From positions 16,865 to 80,864 of IMG/VR virus record IMGVR_UViG_3300045988_117858: DNA of 64,000 nt; one strand, given 5' to 3'. The notes below the pieces were generated by a model, which was given only the letters and a program-made list of their open reading frames with translations, had not been told where the DNA came from and did not search any database. Below, one piece after another: positions 37,180 to 45,997 of the stretch. Source of the stretch: a virus. Numbering within the stretch: position 1 is the stretch's first letter; each line of letters opens with the position of its first letter. A program made the translations under genes and the position numbers.

Positions 37180-37380
37180 ATGAAAGTTTTATATCATGCA
37201 AAACCATATAAAGTGTATGGAGTTTGCACAGACAAATGTGATTCTAGCAGTTGTGGAGACACTTATACAGCCTTTTTGATTTATCTTGATGAAGCATTTA
37301 GATGGTCATGGGTTAATGTTCGTGATTGTACGCCATATAAGAAGAAAAAACATAAGAAGAAAGGATGTAAACAATATTAG
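37180..37380 (+). CDS. small Cys-rich basic protein (66 aa)
   Basis: GGAGGAG RBS 7 nt before ATG 37180. Confidence 0.4.
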   Translation: MKVLYHAKPYKVYGVCTDKCDSSSCGDTYTAFLIYLDEAFRWSWVNVRDCTPYKKKKHKKKGCKQY

Positions 37381-37474
37381 ATACGCACTTAGAGATGTTT
37401 CGCTATTTGCACTTACTGACGATACAACCGATGAAGAAAAAATAATATTTACAATTCAAGGGAGCAAGGCTGAT

Positions 37475-37795
37475 ATGAATTACAATCTAACATTTCCTGT
37501 CGTAGTTCTAAAAGATGAAAATGACTCGGTTCCATATATGGCATATATCCCATATTTTGACGTAATGACGCAGGGATATGATGAAGAAGAATTGCAGATG
37601 ATGGTCAAAGATTTGTTGAATCTTTGCTTAGAAGATAAGGAATCTTACACAATTCCTGCATGGGCATATAGTTATTTCAATGAAGACGATGTTAAGGAAC
37701 GAGGCAGAAAATATTTTACAGAACTTGATGACGGAGACGATACATATTTTCAGAAGAATTTTTACACAGTATGGTGGTTTGATTTTAGGAGATAG
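37475..37795 (+). CDS. HicB-like (UPF0150) domain protein
   Basis: YNLTFPVVVLKDENDSVPYMAYIPYFDVMTQGYDEEELQMMVKDLLNLCLED matches the HicB N-domain pattern; no HicA partner seen. Confidence 0.45.
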   Translation: MNYNLTFPVVVLKDENDSVPYMAYIPYFDVMTQGYDEEELQMMVKDLLNLCLEDKESYTIPAWAYSYFNEDDVKERGRKYFTELDDGDDTYFQKNFYTVWWFDFRR

Positions 37796-37820
37796 TAGTA
37801 GACAGAAAGGAGTTGTTGAT

Positions 37821-38087
37821 ATGCAGATTTTAAATCTTTCCAAAGAAGATAGTGAGGCGATCATTAGATTGGATGCAACAGAGCTAACAACATTATGTAA
37901 CGCATTGTATTATTGCAGAAAAGAAATGGTCAAAAACGAAACATATCATAAGATTTATGGGGATTTGACAATGGCACGAAACTTCGCATCGTATGGACAC
38001 ATAGATGATTTTGCATTTAATGTGGTCGAAAAACAAAGAAGGTATCTCAGAAAAATAGAAAGAGATCGAAGAAAAGGAGAAAGATAA
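37821..38087 (+). CDS. hypothetical protein (88 aa)
   Basis: AAAGGAG RBS precedes internal ATG. Confidence 0.45.
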   Translation: MQILNLSKEDSEAIIRLDATELTTLCNALYYCRKEMVKNETYHKIYGDLTMARNFASYGHIDDFAFNVVEKQRRYLRKIERDRRKGER

Positions 38088-38088
38088 A

Positions 38089-38271
38089 ATGGACGTTTTG
38101 TTTTACATAATTTGGGTATTGGCGTTTATGGTGATCGTAGCAATTGGAATTGGAGTACCATATATGACATATTACAACTACAAAAGAATCAAGGCAATGG
38201 ACAAGAAACTTACAGGAATGTGTACAGGTCTTGGGATTATGCTAAGACCAGAAGAGGGTGATGAAGAATGA
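38089..38271 (+). CDS. small membrane protein (60 aa)
   Basis: Single TM helix; AAAGGAGA RBS. Confidence 0.4.
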   Translation: MDVLFYIIWVLAFMVIVAIGIGVPYMTYYNYKRIKAMDKKLTGMCTGLGIMLRPEEGDEE

Positions 38272-38576
38272 AAGATATGAGAAATAATCCCATTGAAAAT
38301 GGAAATCTGTGTTTTAGATCAAGAATAGTAAATGGAGAAACATTGATGGGATATGCATTAGTTATCTCAAACAAGTTGTTTTGGAAAGACGGATGGAATA
38401 ACTATATTTCTAGTCACGACAAACTTAATTCTAAGCAATTAATTGTAATCGAACACTTAAATGATGACGAAAAGAAAATGAGAAAAGAGTGGTTAGAGTT
38501 TATGGCAACAACAAAATCAAAAAAAGTTAAAGACGAAGATCGAGTAATTGTGAAAGACTTATTGAGTGAAATATGA
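38268..38576 (+). CDS. hypothetical protein (102 aa)
   Basis: Overlapping start. Confidence 0.5.
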   Translation: MKDMRNNPIENGNLCFRSRIVNGETLMGYALVISNKLFWKDGWNNYISSHDKLNSKQLIVIEHLNDDEKKMRKEWLEFMATTKSKKVKDEDRVIVKDLLSEI

Positions 38577-38792
38577 GGTGCAAGGTATTAAATGAGAAGA
38601 TTAATTTGGTATATCAGGTCTTGTTTCTGTAAACATGATTGGGAACAGATATTTGAGTCTGCAATATATTATGGCGACAGATCTACAAAACCTTATAGAT
38701 GTGAGAAGGTTTATCGCTGCAAGAAATGTGGCTGTGAGAAAAGATATGTAATAGAGTAAAATCTGAGTTTTATTTACGGGAGGTGATTAGAC

Positions 38793-39104
38793 ATGGGAGC
38801 AAATATTGAGTTTGTCATTGGCTATGCGATTGGATTTTGTATCGTTGGAGCGATTGTATTTCTGAGATACGAAAGAAAGTTAGATCGGATGAGGCAGGCA
38901 AATGTAAGTTTGATCTTAGATAAGATGTCGTTTATGGCTGATGCTAACAACAAAGAAAATGATACATATAATAAGGAAGAAACTCGTTCAGATGTTAAGG
39001 ACGCAGTGAAGTATGCAATGAAGAAAAGTCATCCAGATAATGGTGGCAGTGCAGATGATTTTAGAAAATTTAGAGAGCTTTATGAAGAAATGGAAGGTAA
39101 GTAA
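38793..39104 (+). CDS. membrane-anchored J-domain-like protein (truncated DnaJ helix II-III with HPD)
   Basis: N-terminal TM helix; VKDAVKYAMKKSHPDNGGSADDFRKFRELYEEM matches J-domain helix II-HPD-helix III. Confidence 0.45.
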   Translation: MGANIEFVIGYAIGFCIVGAIVFLRYERKLDRMRQANVSLILDKMSFMADANNKENDTYNKEETRSDVKDAVKYAMKKSHPDNGGSADDFRKFRELYEEMEGK

Positions 39105-39386
39105 ATGCTAAAGATCGGAGATAGAGTTTATATTTATAGAATGAAGCCAGCGGCTAAAGGAGGTTTGGTTAAAAATAACGACAAAGGTACAATTACTCGC
39201 ATCGGAACAGATGAGATTGGTCGCAGATATGGGTATAGATATATGACCGTTAAATTTGACAAACCAGTAAATACCTCTAATCGTGATATTTACTCTTTAG
39301 AATTTTTTGAAAACAAGGATGATCGTAAGATAGGTAGAATACGAGATATTGGATTCTTACTATATGGTAGAAAATGTGAGGAATAA
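39105..39386 (+). CDS. hypothetical protein (93 aa)
   Basis: Start overlaps upstream stop. Confidence 0.5.
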   Translation: MLKIGDRVYIYRMKPAAKGGLVKNNDKGTITRIGTDEIGRRYGYRYMTVKFDKPVNTSNRDIYSLEFFENKDDRKIGRIRDIGFLLYGRKCEE

Positions 39387-39391
39387 GACTC

Positions 39392-39577
39392 ATGAGTAAA
39401 CAAGAATCATTGAAGTTTTTGCAAGGTTTGATTGACGAAGTAGAAAATTGGACAAAAGAAGATATTGAGCGAGGTCGGAAGTTGATGGAGAAAATATATA
39501 AAGAAGAACCAAAAGAAGTTGAAAATAGTGATGGGTATTGGGAATTTATAATGCCAGATGGTAAGGTAGTGAAGTAG
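39392..39577 (+). CDS. hypothetical protein (61 aa)
   Basis: GTGAGGAATAAG RBS. Confidence 0.45.
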   Translation: MSKQESLKFLQGLIDEVENWTKEDIERGRKLMEKIYKEEPKEVENSDGYWEFIMPDGKVVK

Positions 39578-39952
39578 ATATGGCTAAGAAACAAAATAAA
39601 AATTTTAAAATATTTGGTGTGTTTTTGGAATATAAAAATATTCTGCTCAAATAGTTTTTGAGTACGCCAAAAGTGAGGTTTGTTATAGCACTCACTAAAA
39701 TCTATGTTATTTTGTCGGATTTATGTTATTTGTGGGTTTGGCAACTATAAAAAATAACAGAACTAAAGGAATTTAAACAAAAAAAATGAAAACAAGACAA
39801 GAACGTAAACAGGAAATAAAACGATTCTTTGATCGGCTGAGTCCCAGTGAATTGGACAGGCTGTTAGAAAGAAATGAAATTAATGACAAAGAGTCTGATG
39901 AGGCTCTTGCATATAGAATTATTAAAGAAGAAATTGAGAAAGGAGAGATATA

Positions 39953-40258
39953 ATGAACAACTTCTTATATATTGAATCACGGGAAGAAGAGAATACATCC
40001 CTCGATTCTAAACGTGTTTTATTGAATGAAGAAAATTACAAACATATTATTTCATCATTAGATCATTATCCACCGACGGCAGACGAAGTTAAGAAAGCAA
40101 TTTGTATTTTGACTGGACGATTGATCTACAGAAGCGTTTGGAATATGGAATCTGATATTGATAGTTTAAATATGAGTTTATCACCGCCAAAAGAAATGAC
40201 GGTTGCAGAAATTGAAAAGGAACTTGGTTATAAAGTTAAGATTGTAAAGGAGAAATAA
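39953..40258 (+). CDS. hypothetical protein (101 aa)
   Basis: AAAGGAGAG RBS. Confidence 0.5.
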   Translation: MNNFLYIESREEENTSLDSKRVLLNEENYKHIISSLDHYPPTADEVKKAICILTGRLIYRSVWNMESDIDSLNMSLSPPKEMTVAEIEKELGYKVKIVKEK

Positions 40259-40569
40259 TGCCAATGGCAAAAAAGAAACAAGGAATGTCGTTTGAAATGA
40301 TGATGCAAAATATGGAAATTAATCCAAGGCAATTGTATCGTCGTAGTTCGTGGAAGAAGACACGAACAACTTATGATTATGTGTTTATGATGTGCGAAGA
40401 AGAATTAAATGAGATTATTCCATTTGATAAAAAATATAAAATGAAACCACTCTTATGTAGAGACCAAAATGGAGTTATAACATTGGGATGGTTGCCTACA
40501 CAAGAGGATATTTTCGCAAATGATTGGGTTGAGCAAGGATGGGATTTTAACAGTAAAAGGAAGAGGTGA
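40258..40569 (+). CDS. small protein sharing a C-terminal W-x-P-x-x-E-D-h-h-A-x-D-W motif with the next gene (DUF2829-like?)
   Basis: GWLPTQEDIFANDWVE versus WIPLAEDVYADDWEI in the neighbouring gene. Confidence 0.35.
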   Translation: MPMAKKKQGMSFEMMMQNMEINPRQLYRRSSWKKTRTTYDYVFMMCEEELNEIIPFDKKYKMKPLLCRDQNGVITLGWLPTQEDIFANDWVEQGWDFNSKRKR

Positions 40570-40577
40570 ATAATTAA

Positions 40578-40877
40578 TTGAATTTTATAAAAGCAATGAT
40601 CGCAATAAAAAAAGACAAAACTACTATAAGAAGAGGCATTTGGGGAAAGGAAAAGTATTTGAAAATTTATTCGTCAGAATTAACTAATGTTTATTTTGAG
40701 TGTAATGATATGGGTGAATATAAGCCAGATTCAATTATTTTTTTATTTGATAAAGAAAACGCAGAAGTTTGGATACCTCTTGCGGAAGATGTATATGCAG
40801 ATGACTGGGAAATATATGTTGAATCGGTTAAAAAGCCAAATCAATCAAAAGCAAAGGTGAAGGAGAAAGAAGAATGA
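40578..40877 (+). CDS. DUF2829 / Tad2-like small protein (candidate anti-Thoeris signal sponge family)
   Basis: FIKAMIAIKKDKTTIRRGIW...WIPLAEDVYADDWEIY pattern as I recall for DUF2829; TTG start. Confidence 0.4.
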   Translation: MNFIKAMIAIKKDKTTIRRGIWGKEKYLKIYSSELTNVYFECNDMGEYKPDSIIFLFDKENAEVWIPLAEDVYADDWEIYVESVKKPNQSKAKVKEKEE

Positions 40878-41287
40878 AAGTGTTTTTAGGCGGAACATGC
40901 TCTGGATGGAAGTGGAGAGACCAGCTACAGAAGATGTTGGATTGTGATTATTATAATCCAATCGTAAAAAATTGGAGTGAAGAAGACCGACTGCGGGAAG
41001 TCAAGGAAAGAGAAGAATCTGACTATGTTCTGTATGGCATTACGAATGGTATTAAAGGAGTATACAGTATTGCAGAAGTAGTTGATGATTCTCATAAGCG
41101 ACCAGATAAAGTGATCTTTCTTAATCTCTATCAGGAACAAAAGAATAAAGAATCTAAGCAGATGAGCCACAGTTTAAAAGCAGTCGAAAATTTATTGAAA
41201 GAAAATCGTATTAAAGTATATTCTGGCGTACATGCTATGCAGGATGTTGCAGATTTTCTTAACTTAATGAATAAACGAAAGGGGTAA
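40874..41287 (+). CDS. nucleoside 2-deoxyribosyltransferase/LOG-like fold protein (putative)
   Basis: MKVFLGGTCSG...NP...SDYVLYGITNGIKGVYSIAEVV resembles the Y/FxxGxxF...GTxxExG pattern of the family. Confidence 0.4.
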   Translation: MKVFLGGTCSGWKWRDQLQKMLDCDYYNPIVKNWSEEDRLREVKEREESDYVLYGITNGIKGVYSIAEVVDDSHKRPDKVIFLNLYQEQKNKESKQMSHSLKAVENLLKENRIKVYSGVHAMQDVADFLNLMNKRKG

Positions 41288-41293
41288 AGAAGA

Positions 41294-42248
41294 ATGAAAT
41301 GTTTTTATCATGTTGATCAGGACGGCATCGTATCTGGTTTCTATGTCAGAAAAGCTTGCGAACAGCGAGGTTTAGAGTTTAAACCAGAAGACTTCCGAAA
41401 AATTAATTACGGCATGAAATTCCCGTTTCATGACATTGAGCAGGATGAATTTGTGTTTATTGTAGACTACAGTATTGAGCCAGAAGAGATGTGGCAGTTG
41501 CTCAGTATTACAAAGAATGTATTTTGGATCGACCATCATCAGTCTACGATTGAAGCGTATAAAGATTTCAAGTGTGATGTAAAAGGAATCAGAATTACTG
41601 GAACGGGTATTTCAGGAGCGAATTTGACATGGTTATATTTTAAATATATGTGTGATGAAAATTGGGAGTAAATTGAGAGGACGGATGAGAAAAATGTAAA
41701 AAGATTACTCAATATATATAAATATAAAGCAGATTATCCAAAACTGGCAGAATATACAGCCATGTGGGATACATTTTATTTTGGTGAAACGTCAAAACAA
41801 TTCGTAAAAGCATTTCACTATGCATTTGAATCGTATGATTTTGATGCGTTAAGTCCATTGTTAAACACGTTAAATAAAGATCAAGGAATTTATGAAGCAG
41901 CAAAAATTATTGGTGATATGATAGCAGATGGCTTATCAATTATTGAGTATTTAGCAGCAAATGCAGAACAATATCTTAGAGCATATGGTTTTGAAACCAT
42001 ATTTGAGGGACATAAAGTCTATGCAATCAACAGAGCGTTAATCAATTCTGATTTCTTCGAATCTATTGATGCTTCTAAATACGATATGTTTATCGGTTTT
42101 TCATTCAATGGAAGTATGTGGTAATATCAGCTACGATCCGCAGAACAAGATAAAGTAAATGTGTATGAGCTTGCTGTGAAATATGGTGGTGGCGGTCATC
42201 CAAATGCAGCTGGGTTCAGATGTGATAAATATGTATTAGGAGTGTGAT
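41294..42248 (+). pseudogene. NrnA-like DHH-DHHA1 phosphoesterase (nanoRNase/pAp phosphatase family) interrupted by two in-frame TAA codons
   Basis: HVDQDGIVSG (motif I), WIDHH (DHH), YGGGGHPNAAGF (DHHA1) all lie in one frame spanning 41294-42248; stops only at 41669-41671 and 42122-42124. Confidence 0.6.
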
Positions 42249-42250
42249 GT

Positions 42251-43054
42251 ATGTCAAGGAAAAATACAAGAGAAATTGAACTTGCTTTTAGTAAAAACAG
42301 AGATCCAGATTGGGAAGCCGATGTGGAAATTTATAGAAGAAGAAAGTTCGAAGTAGTGCGTGGTATTTGTCTGGGAGATGAGTTTGCTGAAATTGAGTCT
42401 TTAGAATACAAAAATTGTGACGAGTTAGATGAAATGTATTATCGTTTTGATTATAATTTAAAAATACTTATGCAGTCTTATTTGTATGAATATACAGATT
42501 ATGTGCCAATCGAAACAATGCATATTACATCTCCTGCAATATTGTGTTGTGATGAAATTGTATTAAAAAACGGTGAGAAAATTTCTATTGATAACATATG
42601 TATTGATAAATCAAATGGCAATGAAGTTTATAAATTATATTCTAATAGTACATATACAGATGATGTATATTATGAATCTACTAAAGCATTAGTTTATGAA
42701 TTGGCTAGTAAAGATGTTTGCAAGGCTATACATATAATGAAAGATATGATGGACAAAGCGTATATAAAAGCAAGAAATGAACGAAGCATACATCCTTTTA
42801 TTAGCCACTTGTTTAACGACCCTCCAATTCCATGTATTAAAAATAAATATTCTATACATGATTTAGTAATGGGTACATTAAAATGCAGTGGTGATATTTA
42901 TAAAGAAATAAACAAAGAAGTCCCAAATGCTATAGATATGATTGTGCCTCATCCTGGAAGACATGCAGAGTATTATTTTGGGTTAGATTATACAGATGAA
43001 GTAGAGCAATTTATTAAAGAACAGGAGGCTAAGAAATGTGAAGAAACTAAATGA
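42251..43054 (+). CDS. hypothetical protein (267 aa)
   Basis: TAGGAGTG RBS. Confidence 0.55.
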   Translation: MSRKNTREIELAFSKNRDPDWEADVEIYRRRKFEVVRGICLGDEFAEIESLEYKNCDELDEMYYRFDYNLKILMQSYLYEYTDYVPIETMHITSPAILCCDEIVLKNGEKISIDNICIDKSNGNEVYKLYSNSTYTDDVYYESTKALVYELASKDVCKAIHIMKDMMDKAYIKARNERSIHPFISHLFNDPPIPCIKNKYSIHDLVMGTLKCSGDIYKEINKEVPNAIDMIVPHPGRHAEYYFGLDYTDEVEQFIKEQEAKKCEETK

Positions 43055-43589
43055 TGAACAGCGAAAGCTGATTGAAGATAATTATTCTTTGATTTGGCAT
43101 TTGCATGAGAAGTATTTTACAAAATTTAAAGATTTTGATACATATATGGATCTTGGTCGTATGGCAATTTGCAAAGCAGCATTAAAATGGGATGAGTCTA
43201 AAGGTAATTTTGGGACGTATTTTAGATGGGTATTACAGTCAGAAATTAATAAATATTATATAAAATGGCATAGCCCAACAGAGAAAATGAACAGAAATGC
43301 GGAATCATTGGATGCACCTGTTGACGAAAGAGTTGACGCAGAAGAATTAACAATTGGTAGTTTGCTTGTGAGTAACGATGACATAGAGAGTCAAGCACTA
43401 ACAACAGTATATTATCAAGGAGAATTTAACAAATTATCAGACAAGCAGAAGAAAATTATATATATGTTACTTGATGATATTGAGCATAAATACATAGCCA
43501 AAGAATTTGGAAAGAGTATTCAATGGGTAAGTTGGCAACTTGGTAATATTAAAAAAATAATGCATAGGGCAAAGGCGGTGAGATCATGA
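43038..43589 (+). CDS. sigma-70 family sigma factor (phage-encoded, regions 2 and 4)
   Basis: TYMDLGRMAICKAALKWDESKGNFGTYFRWVLQSEINKY (region 2-like); C-terminal HTH; GTG start; paralog of 49930-50472. Confidence 0.6.
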   Translation: MKKLNDEQRKLIEDNYSLIWHLHEKYFTKFKDFDTYMDLGRMAICKAALKWDESKGNFGTYFRWVLQSEINKYYIKWHSPTEKMNRNAESLDAPVDERVDAEELTIGSLLVSNDDIESQALTTVYYQGEFNKLSDKQKKIIYMLLDDIEHKYIAKEFGKSIQWVSWQLGNIKKIMHRAKAVRS

Positions 43590-44419
43590 CAATTGAAGAA
43601 GTGAAAGATTACATAAACTCGTCTACAGAGTATGATTTTTTGCGAGATTATCCTCATAAAATCGCTTTTCTCACACTAGGTGGAAGTTATGCTTACGGAA
43701 CAAATACAGAGGATTCTGACATTGATTTACGTGGTGTTTTCCTTAGTGATAAAAGAGAGATTTTGTTGAATAATAATCCAAATAATCTTGAAAAGACAGA
43801 CGATCATAAAGATGTTGATACTGTGTTACATTCGCATATTAAGATGATTAACATGCTTGCAAAAGGTAATCCTACATATTTAGAACTGTTGTATTTTGCG
43901 CCAGACCGTTATTTGTGTGTATCCGATATTGGTATGGAGTTGATCAAAAATAGAGATATGTTCTTATCTAAGAGAGTTTATCATGCATATAAAGGATATA
44001 TATGTGATTGCCTGACTCGAACGAGTTTTAAGTATTATAAAAATAAAGATTCAGAGAAAGAAAAGCAAAAGGCGGAACGATACGCTAATAAATCAATGAT
44101 GCACGCAGTTCGATTATTGTTACAGGGCATTGAATTATTGCATAACGGAACAATGTTAGGATCTATGGATGACATAGGAAAAGATCTTGTAAAGATCAAA
44201 GAAGGATATAATAGTACGCATAAAACATATAGATTTGGCAAACACAATGAGCATACAGAATATTTCCCAAATCAGTCATACGATGTTTTTATTGAAGGAT
44301 TACTTTATCAATTTGATTATGATTATATGAATACTGATTTGCCAGACGAACCAGACTGGGATCGTATCAATAACTTCTTGATGACAACAAATGAACGAAT
44401 TGTGAGAGGAATGGTGTAA
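43586..44419 (+). CDS. Pol-beta-superfamily nucleotidyltransferase (pfam10127-like)
   Basis: LGGSYAYGTNTEDSDIDLRGVFL is the GS-x9-13-DxD NTase active-site motif. Confidence 0.65.
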   Translation: MTIEEVKDYINSSTEYDFLRDYPHKIAFLTLGGSYAYGTNTEDSDIDLRGVFLSDKREILLNNNPNNLEKTDDHKDVDTVLHSHIKMINMLAKGNPTYLELLYFAPDRYLCVSDIGMELIKNRDMFLSKRVYHAYKGYICDCLTRTSFKYYKNKDSEKEKQKAERYANKSMMHAVRLLLQGIELLHNGTMLGSMDDIGKDLVKIKEGYNSTHKTYRFGKHNEHTEYFPNQSYDVFIEGLLYQFDYDYMNTDLPDEPDWDRINNFLMTTNERIVRGMV

Positions 44420-44421
44420 AA

Positions 44422-44691
44422 ATGTATGTAAAGATTGGAGACGAAATTGCTTTTCATCCTGGCGAATGCTTAGAAGAATTTGTTGAATCTTGCAGGATGA
44501 CTCCTTATCAGCTTGCGAGTAAAATTGGCATGGATGTTGATTATGTTCAAGGGTTGATTGACGGATCACAAAGTGTTACAAAAGAATTTGCGAAAACAAT
44601 GGCAGACCATTATGGGTTTGCTGATGATGGTCAGTTCTGGTTAAATTTGCAAGAAACATTTGATAAGAAAGTAGGTGGCAGAAATGTTTAA
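44422..44691 (+). CDS. HigA/VapI-like XRE-family HTH protein (antitoxin-like)
   Basis: HPGECLEEFVESCRMTPYQLASKIGMDVDYVQGLIDGSQSVTKEFAKTMADHYGFADDGQFWLNLQ matches the COG3093 pattern. Confidence 0.6.
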   Translation: MYVKIGDEIAFHPGECLEEFVESCRMTPYQLASKIGMDVDYVQGLIDGSQSVTKEFAKTMADHYGFADDGQFWLNLQETFDKKVGGRNV

Positions 44692-45187
44692 TTTGTTGAA
44701 AAGTGATGTAAAATTTGACAAGGAATATACCGTTAAAAAATTTATTGAAGAAATGATGCAAACAAGAGTTGGGGATTGGGGATATATCAATATTTATGAT
44801 AATGCGAAGCGTATTGAACAATTAGAATATGATACGGCAGGATATTATGTTGCATCAGACAATGAAGATCATAAGATTAAAAAGGCATATGCAGTCCGTA
44901 GAGGCTCAAGAACGGATTATAATATCTGTATTGAATATCAAAAACAGAAGCCGAATAAAGCAGCAAAAGGTTCACTTCGATTCATTGTCAAAAAACCAAA
45001 TGGAGAAGAATCAGTAGTTGTTATTTTTAAGAACAAATCCGATGGCACATATTCATTTGTTAATTTGACAAAAGAGCATATTTGTTCATGTAAATTTAAA
45101 ACAATTGAGGAAGCTATTCAGGATATGAATGATCGCTTAAGAAAAGGATTGATTGAGTCTTATATTGTGAAAGGAGAAAGAAAATAA
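44684..45187 (+). CDS. hypothetical protein (about 167 aa)
   Basis: AGGTGG RBS before ATG 44684 (alternative GTG 44675). Confidence 0.5.
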   Translation: MFNLLKSDVKFDKEYTVKKFIEEMMQTRVGDWGYINIYDNAKRIEQLEYDTAGYYVASDNEDHKIKKAYAVRRGSRTDYNICIEYQKQKPNKAAKGSLRFIVKKPNGEESVVVIFKNKSDGTYSFVNLTKEHICSCKFKTIEEAIQDMNDRLRKGLIESYIVKGERK

Positions 45188-45525
45188 TGGATATACATAT
45201 TGGAGATTTTTGGCAGAATAAATGTAATCCAAAAGTAATTCAGCATGTGGTTAATTTTTCATTTAGAATGGGTGGAGTCCCAAGTAGTAAAGATATGCTA
45301 CTGATCTGTGAAGAATTTCATTATACAAAGATAGGTGAGAATCCTGCCTCTGTTAAAGAAGATTCCAGATTCTTCTCACATATTACAGTGGATAATTTTA
45401 AAAAGATGAATCAATGTATTCTCAGTGCTGAGAGGATTATGAAAGATACTCAGGCATTTAAAACAGATAAAGATATTTTGGATTATTTAACGAAGAAAGT
45501 GGAGGAGAAATTAAATGCAAAATAA
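45187..45525 (+). CDS. hypothetical protein (112 aa)
   Basis: AAAGGAGAAAG RBS. Confidence 0.5.
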   Translation: MDIHIGDFWQNKCNPKVIQHVVNFSFRMGGVPSSKDMLLICEEFHYTKIGENPASVKEDSRFFSHITVDNFKKMNQCILSAERIMKDTQAFKTDKDILDYLTKKVEEKLNAK

Positions 45526-45997
45526 TATATTTCAGATTTATTTGGCTGGCGGTATGCAAAACTTATCGTTTACAAAACAAAATGAGTGGCGAGAAAAAAT
45601 TCGTAAATCACTTATCAGTCGATGTAAAAAAACATGTGCCGATACCAAGCCAATGAATATTATTAACCCTGTAGATTATTATAATTTTAAAGAAAAATTA
45701 TTCGATACAGAGAAAGAAGTGATGCGATTTGATACCAACTTTGTTAGAAACAGCGATCTTGTAATTGTTAATGCAAATGATCCGAAAAGCATTGGAACGT
45801 CTATGGAGATTGCGATCGCATATGAACATCATATTCCTGTACTGATTCTGAACAAAGATATTGAACCATTACATGCTTGGTGGATTGAGATGTCTGATAG
45901 AGTGTTTAGAGATTCTGACAGTTTATGCGATTATGTTACAGATTTCTACTTGACGATGAAGCATTATAATTGGGAGCATAACGTGACAATGAAATAG
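45515..45997 (+). CDS. nucleoside 2-deoxyribosyltransferase family protein (NDT/LOG-like)
   Basis: IYLAGGM ... DLVIVNANDPKSIGTSMEIAIAYEHHIPVLIL with catalytic-Glu context. Confidence 0.6.
   Translation: MQNNIFQIYLAGGMQNLSFTKQNEWREKIRKSLISRCKKTCADTKPMNIINPVDYYNFKEKLFDTEKEVMRFDTNFVRNSDLVIVNANDPKSIGTSMEIAIAYEHHIPVLILNKDIEPLHAWWIEMSDRVFRDSDSLCDYVTDFYLTMKHYNWEHNVTMK

Noticed and set aside
37150-37380. Small ORF 37150-37380 as HicA toxin partner of the HicB-like protein
   Set aside because: The sequence is Cys-rich and basic without the dsRBD-like HicA signature, so it is annotated only as a small hypothetical protein starting at 37180.
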